Below, one piece after another: positions 38,017 to 46,621 of a stretch of DNA of 64,000 nt. Origin of the DNA: Bacillota bacterium (GTDB taxonomy: Bacteria; Bacillota; Dethiobacteria; DTU022); the NCBI GenBank assembly GCA_029552125.1, contig JAKPEE010000156.1:11088-75087 (forward strand). The letters are read 5' to 3'. Under the pieces are notes generated by a model. The model ran no database searches. It was not told the DNA's origin and saw only the letters and a list, made by a program, of their open reading frames with translations. A program made the position numbers and the translations under genes. Each line of letters starts with the position of its first letter. The stretch's first letter is position 1.

Positions 38017-38769
38017 TCATTTCGTCTGGTATTTTTTAACTGTACTTTGCTCGATCAGGCGATGATAGCGATCAAACTTTTCGTCCAGGCCCCGGACATA
38101 TTGCGGCCTTGTATTTACTTCAAAAATCCACGGCCTGGCCTGGCGATCCAGCCCGATATCCAGGCCCAGCTCCCTTAAATGCGGATATTTTCGACATAGC
38201 GCCGCCGCCGTTTTTTCTCCGATAAAAGTAAGCAGCGCCTTTAGTCGATCGCAGGCTTGTGGCTTTAACCCGGCCAGTGTAAAGGCCTGCTTTAGCTCAA
38301 CAAGCCTGCCGCCCTGGCAGAAGTTGGTTACAGCTTTGCCCGGAGCCCTCAACCTGGCGATCATCGCCGTTACCTCCCAGCGGTTGAATGGCTTTTGGAC
38401 ATTTACCCGCAGATCAAAAGGTACATTGTTGATCGTTAACAGCTTTATGCCCTGTTGAATGATAAAGGGCGCTCCCGCGGAAATCCTTTCAACCAGGGCG
38501 GCTGCCTCCGCTACGGTCTTGCCTTTAAGAATTCGTGTATCATAGTGAATTGAGCAGGATCCTCCATCATCCAGGTTTATAGAGATAACTTTGTTTCCAC
38601 CCCTGCCGCAGTCCGGTTTTACATAAACATATTTGTATTTATTGAGCATTCTGGCTAAGTTTTCCCGGCTATACAGTTCGGTTTCGGGAATATACCGGTC
38701 AAGCCCGGGATCTTTAAGCAGCACGCCGGTTTTGGCCGTCTTGCTGCGAACCACTTGATAGGTGCGCAC
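38017..38769 (-). CDS. Short YheC/YheD-related ATP-grasp protein lacking the N-terminal domain (paralogue 4 of 7, class II)
   Basis: 250-aa ORF with a GTG start. It has 'FDLRVNVQK', 'AVTNFCQGG' and 'GLDIGLD...RPWIFEVNTRP', so the ATP-grasp core alone is present. Confidence 0.7.
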   Translation of the reverse strand: MRTYQVVRSKTAKTGVLLKDPGLDRYIPETELYSRENLARMLNKYKYVYVKPDCGRGGNKVISINLDDGGSCSIHYDTRILKGKTVAEAAALVERISAGAPFIIQQGIKLLTINNVPFDLRVNVQKPFNRWEVTAMIARLRAPGKAVTNFCQGGRLVELKQAFTLAGLKPQACDRLKALLTFIGEKTAAALCRKYPHLRELGLDIGLDRQARPWIFEVNTRPQYVRGLDEKFDRYHRLIEQSTVKKYQTK

Positions 38770-38784
38770 TTAACATCAAATCCT

Positions 38785-39948
38785 TTATTTTACCAGGTTT
38801 CTGTCTTTTTTTTGTTCTCTGCCACGGTCCTGGGATTGCCGGGAATAATAGAGGTAGCGGGCATAGAGCATCGGGTTTAGAAACGCTTTTTCGGTGGCAT
38901 CGGGATCGGCACTTTTTAATAACGACACTTTCATGGACTTGGCGTTGCATTCAAACAGCCAGATCTTGCCCTTGCGGTCAATGCCGAAATCTATGGCGAT
39001 TTCTCCGAAGGGTCCGTACGCCCGCTCCACACAGTCATAGACAGCATATAGAAAATCGTTAATCCTCTCTTTGAGCAAGGCGATCTCTTTCCTGGAGCGG
39101 TTTAAGCGGGTATGGTAAAAATCTTCAAATTGATAACTCTCGCCGTGCGTAGTGATCGGTGAGCCTTTTTGCCCCAGCCTGACCAGGATGGCTACAATTT
39201 CCAGCTCTCCCCGGGCGTTTCTTTGCATCTCCCCGCGCAAATCCATCAACTGGTTGTTGACCTGAACCAGGTCGACGGCCTTTTGGACAATGGCTTTTTT
39301 ATGGCCGGTTACCTGCTTGATTATTTTTTCTAGAGCCGGCAGAGTTGCCGTTTTTCCTGAAAAAAGACGCTCATTAAAGTAGCGATAATAATAACCTCCC
39401 TGGGGGCTCCTGGCAACCTGCACGACCTGTTTGCCGCTCCTGCCGTCTACCGCCTTGAGATAGAGGCGGCTGCTTCCCTTAAACATCTCCAGCAGTGTTT
39501 CAGCGCCTCTATATTTCCTGGTTGGCGGCAGATGTGGAGATACACGGTCGCAGCGCAATAAGGTTTGGTAGAGATTTAGCTTGTCGAAGTAAGGCTGGGC
39601 GTTAAGTTTAATCACCCCGCGCCTGTTTAATTCATGCCGCACTTTGTCAGCTTCCCGGACCAGTTCCGGTGAACCGCCAACCAGGCGGTCGTAAATAATA
39701 TCGGGTAGAGGCGAAGGGGCTGCTTCCCAGCGATGCAAGCGGTGATTGTAAATCATTCCGTCCAGCTTATCGGGGTTAAAAGAGATGCAGCCCGGTGAGA
39801 AAAGAACCAGCTTTACTCCTGCTTTACGGGCTGCTCCAGCATACAAATTTAGCCGGAAAAAACGTGATGTTTTTTGTTTTTGCAAAGACATGATCACACT
39901 GTCATCTACAAACAGGCCAACTACAGGTTTTTTTTGAGCTTGCTTCAT
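38785..39948 (-). CDS. YheC/YheD-family ATP-grasp protein (paralogue 5 of 7)
   Basis: 387-aa ORF with 'MDLRGEMQRNARG', 'SPITTH' and 'AIDFGID...KIWLFECNAKS'. Confidence 0.8.
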   Translation of the reverse strand: MKQAQKKPVVGLFVDDSVIMSLQKQKTSRFFRLNLYAGAARKAGVKLVLFSPGCISFNPDKLDGMIYNHRLHRWEAAPSPLPDIIYDRLVGGSPELVREADKVRHELNRRGVIKLNAQPYFDKLNLYQTLLRCDRVSPHLPPTRKYRGAETLLEMFKGSSRLYLKAVDGRSGKQVVQVARSPQGGYYYRYFNERLFSGKTATLPALEKIIKQVTGHKKAIVQKAVDLVQVNNQLMDLRGEMQRNARGELEIVAILVRLGQKGSPITTHGESYQFEDFYHTRLNRSRKEIALLKERINDFLYAVYDCVERAYGPFGEIAIDFGIDRKGKIWLFECNAKSMKVSLLKSADPDATEKAFLNPMLYARYLYYSRQSQDRGREQKKDRNLVK

Positions 39949-40100
39949 GAATAAGGCATCCTTATATCAGAAATGGTTACAGGCTATTATATGCCTGCTG
40001 TTGCATAAGCGTAACATACCGCTGGGCGAAAAGAGCTTTTCCCCGGTTATAGCCGCTCGATGATGAACCGTATATCGCCTTTTGAATATACTAAACTGTA

Positions 40101-40130
40101 ACTTAAAAATAAAAAACTTAAAAATAAAAA
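40101..40130. repeat. Perfect tandem duplication of the 15-mer ACTTAAAAATAAAAA
   Basis: Read directly as acttaaaaataaaaa twice. It lies in the divergent promoter region, 53-82 nt upstream of the 40183 ATG. Confidence 0.9.
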
Positions 40131-40182
40131 AGGAAACGAATCGATTACGAACCCCCTTAAACAAGTTAATGGAGATTAGGTC

Positions 40183-41301
40183 ATGAAGCCTCTAATCGGC
40201 GTTTTTGTCAATAACAGGTTTTTATTGAACTCCAAAGGTGTACTATTTGCTTCCAAATTGATGCAGGCCAATGAAGTTGCCGGCTGCTCCGTCTGTTTTT
40301 TTTCCCCGGAAGATATTGACTGGGACAGGAGAAAGATTAACGCTACTGTATTTCATTATCCCAGTGGGAGACGGGAACGGAAGCTCTGCCCTTTCCCCGA
40401 TATAATCTATGACCGGGGCACCGCTTTTCCCAAAGGGCTGCAGCGCGAGGTGGAAGCCATCCGCCGGCGGTTTAAAAATGTAGAGAAAATCCGCTTTATT
40501 AACAGCGGTAAGCTGGAAAAATGGCCGGTCATTGAAAGATTAAGGCAAATCAAAGCGGTGCTCCCTTACCTGCCAGCTACACTACTCTGCCGCCATTTGG
40601 ATGATATTAGAAGGATGTTACATCGTTTCGGCTATATTTTTATCAAAAACTCAGCGGGCAGCGGAGGGACTGCAGTTTTATCCGTGAAAAAAATGGGCAA
40701 CAAGTATCATTTATTTTTTTTCCGCAACGGGGCGCATCATCAACAAGTTTTTAACAGCGTTAACGATCTGCTTTCAGGATTGGCCGGTATGCTCGATTTC
40801 AAAAATGAAAAGTACATTGTGCAGCAGGGAATCCGCCTGGTTAAATATCACGGACGCCCTCTCGATCTGCGGATATTGTTGAATAAGAATAAATACGGCC
40901 GCTGGGTTGCCGTCTATAATCAGGCCCGGGTAGCTCCCAAAGGTGCTGTGATCACCAATCTGGCCCTGGGAGGAGAAGTAATGGACTATGCTGCCATCGT
41001 TTCAGATTTAAAAGAAAAATACCCCTATATACCGGAAGACAAGAAAATCCGGGAGGTTTGCATCGTTATTGCTTTGGCCATTGAAAAAATGTTCGGGCCC
41101 TTTGGAGAAATTGGCATGGATATGGCTGTGGATGAAAGGGGAAGGATCTGGCTTTTAGAAGCCAATTCCAAGCCCAGCAAGCTTCCCGAGGATTTTATTG
41201 AAGATACCCGCGGTGTTTCACCGCAGTTCCTTATGGTCCTGGAGTATGCCGCCATGCTTCATCGCCACAGCGCTTTAGCATCAAAAGCCAACAACTGCTA
41301 G
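40183..41301 (+). CDS. YheC/YheD-family ATP-grasp protein (paralogue 6 of 7, class II)
   Basis: 372-aa ORF with 'LDLRILLNKN', 'AVITNLALGG' and 'GMDMAVD...RIWLLEANSKP'. Confidence 0.78.
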   Translation: MKPLIGVFVNNRFLLNSKGVLFASKLMQANEVAGCSVCFFSPEDIDWDRRKINATVFHYPSGRRERKLCPFPDIIYDRGTAFPKGLQREVEAIRRRFKNVEKIRFINSGKLEKWPVIERLRQIKAVLPYLPATLLCRHLDDIRRMLHRFGYIFIKNSAGSGGTAVLSVKKMGNKYHLFFFRNGAHHQQVFNSVNDLLSGLAGMLDFKNEKYIVQQGIRLVKYHGRPLDLRILLNKNKYGRWVAVYNQARVAPKGAVITNLALGGEVMDYAAIVSDLKEKYPYIPEDKKIREVCIVIALAIEKMFGPFGEIGMDMAVDERGRIWLLEANSKPSKLPEDFIEDTRGVSPQFLMVLEYAAMLHRHSALASKANNC

Positions 41302-41315
41302 AGGTGTCTTAAACC

Positions 41316-42455
41316 GTGCCTTCTATTTTTAGTGGGATCGGATCCGCCAACCCGATCATCGGAGTTTTTGTAGGTAATACAAAACAAATCGTTCGCTCCG
41401 GTCGCAGCTTACCCCACTACGGGCCCGTAGCCAGTCTTTGCCGGGCCCTCAATGCCACAGCCTACATTTTTTCTCCCCAGGATATAGACTACCGCAAGCA
41501 TCAAATTAACGGCATCGCCTTTGACCGGAAGCGGGGACAATGGATTAGAAAAAAATATCCTTTCCCCCATATTCTTTACCTGCAAGGGGGGTTGGAAAAG
41601 CTTGACCCTAAAGAACTGGCGCGTTTTCAGCTTGCCGTAAAGTCCAGCAAAATCCGCCCGGTGAGCAGCCCCCTCGAATTCAACAAATGGGAGGTTTACC
41701 GGATTTTATACAGCAGGAGCAGTTTAAGGCCGTATTTGCCCGAAACCAAGTTATTTCGCAGTGCCGCCGCAGATCTGGAACCGATGCTCAAGCGCTACGG
41801 TGCGGTTTACCTTAAAGCCTGCCGGGGCAGGAGAGGGGAGCAGGTGATGCGGCTGGCGCTGCTCCCGGACAAAGCATATCACTGTTGTTATTTTAATGAA
41901 AAACCTGTGGCCAGCAGGCTAAAAAATTTTAGCCAAGCTGTCGAAACCATTCAGGCCTTTTTTCGCCGCCGCGGCTTTGTGGTTCAGCAGCCCATCGATC
42001 TTATCGAATATAAGGGCAAAAAAGTTGATTTACGGGCGGAAATGCAAAGAAACGGTGAAGGAGCCCTGGAGATTCTCGGTATTCCCGTTCGTGTGGCCCT
42101 GGAGAATTCACCGATTACAACCCATGCTCTAAGCTATCGTTTTGAAAAGTTTTTTTTGGAGATGATGGGTTACAACGAAGCAGCCCTGCAGGATTTAAGG
42201 AGCAGGCTTAATAGCTTGCTTTACCGCATTTATCAAAGCCTTGAGAGCAGGTACGGCCCCCTGGGGGAGATGGGGATCGATATTGGTCTGGATAAAAAAG
42301 GAAACTTATGGGTTATTGAATGCAACGCCTTATCGGCCATGGTCTCTCTGGGCAACGCTTACGAAGAGAAAACAGTATTGCGGGCCTTCGGCAATGCGCT
42401 GGATTATGCTTTATATAAGCACAGGCAGAATACGGCAGAAAAATATAAAAATTGA
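41316..42455 (+). CDS. YheC/YheD-family ATP-grasp protein (paralogue 7 of 7)
   Basis: 379-aa ORF with a GTG start 9 nt after AGAGGTG. It has 'VDLRAEMQRNGEG', 'SPITTH' and 'GIDIGLD...NLWVIECNALS'. Confidence 0.8.
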   Translation: MPSIFSGIGSANPIIGVFVGNTKQIVRSGRSLPHYGPVASLCRALNATAYIFSPQDIDYRKHQINGIAFDRKRGQWIRKKYPFPHILYLQGGLEKLDPKELARFQLAVKSSKIRPVSSPLEFNKWEVYRILYSRSSLRPYLPETKLFRSAAADLEPMLKRYGAVYLKACRGRRGEQVMRLALLPDKAYHCCYFNEKPVASRLKNFSQAVETIQAFFRRRGFVVQQPIDLIEYKGKKVDLRAEMQRNGEGALEILGIPVRVALENSPITTHALSYRFEKFFLEMMGYNEAALQDLRSRLNSLLYRIYQSLESRYGPLGEMGIDIGLDKKGNLWVIECNALSAMVSLGNAYEEKTVLRAFGNALDYALYKHRQNTAEKYKN

Positions 42456-42548
42456 TTTCGAATTACATCTTTCACCCCTGAAGATGAATATACTGTATTA
42501 TCTACCTCTCCATACTATCAGGGGTATATATTTTTAGGAGGTTTATTA

Positions 42549-43037
42549 ATGAATCAGGATCGCCAGGAGGGCAAAGACGCCCTAAAAAACCATACCGCAC
42601 TTACGTTGCGCAAAGCCGGGGAAGCGGATCTGGCTTATATTAAAGATCTGGCCCAACGGGAAATCGGCCGTATCCCCAGGAGGTTGCACAGTCACCAGAA
42701 TTACCTGGTTTATCTGCAGCAAAAACGGATCGGTTTTATCTCTTATTGCCGGTTAAACGAGGAAAAATTGTATATCTATATGATGGCCCTGGAGGAGCAG
42801 GCGCAAAACCACGGACTGGCCCGGCACATTGTGAAGTGGGTCCTGGCCCGGGAAGTTAAAATTAGCCCTGTCCAGGGCATCTTGTTCAGAGTTTATAAAA
42901 CCAATAGCCAGGCTTTGCATGCCACCCTGGAAAAGTATAATTACAAGATCATTAAAGAGCTGCCCCAGCATTATGTCCTTTACCGGGCCCTTGATCCACA
43001 AAAAGATCCGGTCAATAAAGCAGGGCAACATGAATGA
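42549..43037 (+). CDS. GNAT-family N-acetyltransferase
   Basis: 162-aa ORF. 'YIYMMALEEQAQNHGLARHIVKWVL' resembles GNAT motif A. AGGAGG RBS is present. Confidence 0.65.
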   Translation: MNQDRQEGKDALKNHTALTLRKAGEADLAYIKDLAQREIGRIPRRLHSHQNYLVYLQQKRIGFISYCRLNEEKLYIYMMALEEQAQNHGLARHIVKWVLAREVKISPVQGILFRVYKTNSQALHATLEKYNYKIIKELPQHYVLYRALDPQKDPVNKAGQHE

Positions 43038-43107
43038 TATACACCGGTGTAACCCGGGGTTAAACGGAAGCATATACTAATGAAGAAATACCGGAGGAGG
43101 TGTGTTG

Positions 43108-43239
43108 ATGAAGAGCAGGAGGAAAAGAGCCCGTAAGATTGCCGGATACCTCAAATGGAGAAAGAAATTGTCGCCGGCCCAGAAGGCCAGGCTGGCCAGG
43201 GTTATACACAAACGCATCGCGGCCAAAAAAGCACAGTGA
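43108..43239 (+). CDS. Candidate 43-aa polybasic small protein
   Basis: Not in the ORF track. My translation is MKSRRKRARKIAGYLKWRKKLSPAQKARLARVIHKRIAAKKAQ*. GGAGGAGG lies 7 nt upstream, and an intrinsic terminator lies 47 nt downstream. The competing 72-aa minus-strand ORF has no such signals. Confidence 0.5.
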   Translation: MKSRRKRARKIAGYLKWRKKLSPAQKARLARVIHKRIAAKKAQ

Positions 43240-43285
43240 AAGAGGCTTCTCCGGATAATTAGCCCAATCGAGAAGGACAGTTTGT

Positions 43286-43321
43286 AATCCCCCATGGAAT
43301 TAACCTGGGGGATTTTCTATT
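43286..43321 (+). terminator. Rho-independent terminator after the GNAT/small-ORF unit
   Basis: 9-bp stem aatccccca / tgggggatt with an 11-nt loop and tail ttctatt. Confidence 0.7.
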
Positions 43322-43473
43322 GGATTAAGTCTTTTAGGTTAATTTTAGAACCGGTCTTAACCAACGATAGTATATTTTTGGCAATACAGTTTACTATTTC
43401 AAGTAAACATAAAGAAGGATGTTGTTAAATAATGTTGAAAATTATTAAGCAAACTTAACAGGAGGTCAAGCTG

Positions 43474-44688
43474 ATGAAGAGTTCACCAAAGAAACCGTTT
43501 CTGAAGTATCCGCTGTATGTAACGCTGCTGCTTCTCAGCATGATTGCGGTCATGGCTGCTCTGCCCGGGACAGCGCTGGCTTTCCAAACGGCCTATGACT
43601 TTCGCTATCCTCTTGATTCCGGGGGATGGTTTTTGGGGCAGGCTTTTGGCGCGTGGAATAAGCAGCAAAACGCTTACCATCTGGCCGAAGATTTGCTGCC
43701 TAACAATTACGTTTCCGAGCTGCCGGTTTATGCTCCGGCCAACGGGTATGTAAGACATAGCGGCTACCAGTCCGGCTACGGTTATGTTCTGGTGATCGAG
43801 CACAGGCTTCCCGACAATACTTATGTTTGCTCAGTCCTGGGGCACTTAAAGGCCGCTAACCTGGTCCCCAAGGGAGCAGAGGTAGTCAAAGGGCAGCTTG
43901 TCGGCCGTATTTCCGCCTACCCCGCGGAAAACGGCGGTTATAACTTTAGCCACCTCCACTTTGGCATTCGCAGCGGTGCTTACAGTACGGCCAGGGATCT
44001 GGATGGAGCGTGGCGCTACCAGGGCTACTCCCCCCTCACAGCCGTACTCGCTTCCTGGTACCATCCCAGTAATTTTGTTAAGGCGCATAGCTCTCCCCCT
44101 CCGTCTCCGCAGAGCGGTTCCTTAAGGGTCTCCATCAGCCCCCAGGAGGCGGTGCAGGCAGGAGCGCGCTGGCGTATAGCCGGCACTTCCACATGGCGGA
44201 ACAGCGGCGAAACTGTCTCACAGATTCCGGCCGGCTCATATACCGTGGAGTTCCGGGATGTGTCGGGTTGGGACAGGCCCTCCAGCCAGAAGGTTACGGT
44301 AAGCGGCGGGCAGGTAAAAACAATTTCTGCCAGCTACACCAAAAAACAGGCTGCTCCGGCCGTACTGGAAGTGAGCAAAACATCGTTAAGTTTCGGCCTG
44401 ACCAGGCGGGGTAGTTATACCACTGCACAAAGTTACATTGTCGCCGGTAATAACTTGAGCGGTGCGGTGCGCATCCAGGCGCCGGCCGGCTTCTGGATCT
44501 CCACCGACCCTTACAAGGTTTCCAGTTATGGTCGGTCGATCACGCTGCAGCCGAGCAATGGATCTGTATACCAGAAGATTTATGTCAGTTTCCTGCCGAC
44601 AACAACCGGGTCAACGACCAGCTATATTACCCATTCAGCGAGCGGCGCCGCGACCAAGTATGTGCGTGTCAGCGGGTGGGGCTACTAG
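43474..44688 (+). CDS. Secreted M23-family metallopeptidase with C-terminal beta-rich domains
   Basis: The signal peptide is 'KYPLYVTLLLLSMIAVMAALPGTALA'. The M23 zinc ligands are HxxxD ('YHLAEDL') and HxH ('SHLHFGI'). About 200 aa of Ig-like-looking C-terminal sequence follow. Confidence 0.7.
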   Translation: MKSSPKKPFLKYPLYVTLLLLSMIAVMAALPGTALAFQTAYDFRYPLDSGGWFLGQAFGAWNKQQNAYHLAEDLLPNNYVSELPVYAPANGYVRHSGYQSGYGYVLVIEHRLPDNTYVCSVLGHLKAANLVPKGAEVVKGQLVGRISAYPAENGGYNFSHLHFGIRSGAYSTARDLDGAWRYQGYSPLTAVLASWYHPSNFVKAHSSPPPSPQSGSLRVSISPQEAVQAGARWRIAGTSTWRNSGETVSQIPAGSYTVEFRDVSGWDRPSSQKVTVSGGQVKTISASYTKKQAAPAVLEVSKTSLSFGLTRRGSYTTAQSYIVAGNNLSGAVRIQAPAGFWISTDPYKVSSYGRSITLQPSNGSVYQKIYVSFLPTTTGSTTSYITHSASGAATKYVRVSGWGY

Positions 44689-44700
44689 GCTTCGCTTCTT

Positions 44701-44735
44701 GGGGGGCTGTCCCAACTGATTTTGGGACCCCCCCC
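44701..44735. terminator. Bidirectional hairpin between convergent genes (GGGGCTGTCCC-family stem)
   Basis: The sequence is ggggggctgtcccaa-ctgatt-ttgggacccccccc. The stem is imperfect, with a 2-nt bulge. Confidence 0.5.
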
Positions 44736-44749
44736 ATGGCCCTGTTTGC

Positions 44750-46498
44750 TCAATAGCGCAGGCGCCAGTTTTTTTTGCTCTCTTCTTCTTTTAGTTTACG
44801 CTTAAAAGGTTTTTGCGTAGCAGTCAGAGGAATTTTATCTTTAAATTCGATAAAAGTGGGTACAGCATAGGGCGAACATCTCTCTTTGCAGAAATTGATA
44901 ATGTCGGCAGCGGTAACCTTGTTCTCGAAGCTGCTTTTTAACTGGACAAAGGCTTTAACCCGTTCGCTGCCTACCCGTTCGGGGTCGGGAACGCCGATCA
45001 CTACCGCCTGAGAGATGGCCGGGTGTTGATAGAGAACATCTTCGATTACCCTGGGGTAAACTTTATATCCGGAGACATTGATCATATCTTTGATCCGGTC
45101 TTCCAGGTAGAAATACCCGTCATTATCCATGCGGGCGATATCGCCGGTAGGCAGCCAGCCTTTGATCAGCCCGCTGCCCGGCTTAGGCCAGTAGCCTTTC
45201 ATTACCTGGGGGCCCTTGATATACATGTGCCCTGCTTCGCCTGCCCTGCATTTCCGCCCGGTTAGTTCATTAATCAATACCACCTCCGTATCCGGTACGG
45301 GAACACCGATGCCATGTTTGCGGTGGCCGCCCAAATTCATATGCGTTAACGGGCCCGCTTCCGTCAACCCGTAACCCTGGGATACCGGTATACGTGTTTT
45401 GGCGGTGAATTCTTTGCGTACTTCTGCAGGGAGGTGAGAGGCCCCGGATATAATTCGGCCCGGAAAACGGGTTAGCTTTTTATCGCGCAGCGCCAGCAGT
45501 TGCGTGGGGACAACGCTGGTCAGAAAAGGGCGATGTTTTTTCATCAGCGAGGCAATGTTGTCTACATCCCGGGGATCTTCCACCAGGACAATTTTCAACC
45601 CCCAATAAATGGCCGACAGCATGACCCAGTCACCATAGGAGTGGAAGAGCGGCACGGCAATAATTACCGTACCTTGCCCCCGGATTTGCCCCTCATAATG
45701 GCTCAGCATCCAGGGCAGCCCTTGCAAGACATTGCAAAAACGATTGTAGTGTGTCAACATTACTCCTTTGGGCCGGCCGGTAGCACCGCCGGTGAAAGCC
45801 AGGTAGGCCAGATCTGTGCGGGGCTCAAGCATGGGCCGTGGCATGGGCCATAGCTGCCTGTTGATCAGGCCGGAAAAAATATAGCTTCTTTTTAACGGCA
45901 ATGGATACATTGGCTGCCCCGAAGCGATTTCGCCGATTGAAGTTACGATTACACTTCGCACACTGGTATGAGGCAGCACTTTTTTCATCTGCTGCAGGTA
46001 TTCATCGGTGATGATCAGTATCCTGGCGCCCGACTGGGTAAGCTGCTGCTCGAGCTCTGCCAACTGGAGCAGGGTGCTGCACGGCACATGAATCGCTCCA
46101 GCTTTAAGGATGGCAAAAGCACTGATCACGTACTGCGGGCAGGTGGGCAGTACCGTGGCGACCCGGTCTCCCTTCCTCACTCCAAGCCCGGCCAGGGCGG
46201 CGGCCAGGTTATCGCTCTTAAGCTTTAGTTCTGAATAATAAAGCTTGCTATTGTGAAACTCGAGAGCCACAGACGCGGGATGTCTTTCTGCTGCCTGCTC
46301 CAGTATGGCATAAAGGGGCAGCCGGGGATAGGGCGCCAGGCTTTGCGCCAGCCGGTGCCGCCCCATCCGGTAATTTTTAAACCACGGTTTATCCTGGGTG
46401 TCTTTAACCAAAATAGCGCCTCCCGGAGCTTTTGCTATCCTCATTTTACTCATAGTTTGCCAAGATGTACCACCGGCCTGGGTATCAATTGCCGGCAT
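44750..46498 (-). CDS. Acyl-CoA synthetase (AMP-forming, long/medium-chain type)
   Basis: It has 'AFTGGATGRPKGVMLTHYN', 'GYGLTEAG', 'GWLPTGDIA' and 'ATQKPFKRKL'. The start codon is uncertain, and several in-frame Met lack a clear RBS. Confidence 0.8.
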   Translation of the reverse strand: MPAIDTQAGGTSWQTMSKMRIAKAPGGAILVKDTQDKPWFKNYRMGRHRLAQSLAPYPRLPLYAILEQAAERHPASVALEFHNSKLYYSELKLKSDNLAAALAGLGVRKGDRVATVLPTCPQYVISAFAILKAGAIHVPCSTLLQLAELEQQLTQSGARILIITDEYLQQMKKVLPHTSVRSVIVTSIGEIASGQPMYPLPLKRSYIFSGLINRQLWPMPRPMLEPRTDLAYLAFTGGATGRPKGVMLTHYNRFCNVLQGLPWMLSHYEGQIRGQGTVIIAVPLFHSYGDWVMLSAIYWGLKIVLVEDPRDVDNIASLMKKHRPFLTSVVPTQLLALRDKKLTRFPGRIISGASHLPAEVRKEFTAKTRIPVSQGYGLTEAGPLTHMNLGGHRKHGIGVPVPDTEVVLINELTGRKCRAGEAGHMYIKGPQVMKGYWPKPGSGLIKGWLPTGDIARMDNDGYFYLEDRIKDMINVSGYKVYPRVIEDVLYQHPAISQAVVIGVPDPERVGSERVKAFVQLKSSFENKVTAADIINFCKERCSPYAVPTFIEFKDKIPLTATQKPFKRKLKEEESKKNWRLRY

Positions 46499-46621
46499 TG
46501 CAAAAAATCTTGAAATAATGCAACGGAGGGGTATGCGTATTTCTTATTTAGTCCTATACAGAATCCTGCACTTTTTGGTATGATATTGAAGATATTTTAT
46601 TTTCAATATGGAGGTCTTGTT

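Noticed and set aside
43077-43295. A 72-aa minus-strand ORF covers the spacer after the GNAT gene.
   Set aside because: It has no RBS. It is hydrophobic and low-complexity, and it runs through the plus-strand terminator. The plus-strand 43-aa ORF has both an RBS and a terminator and is the better model.
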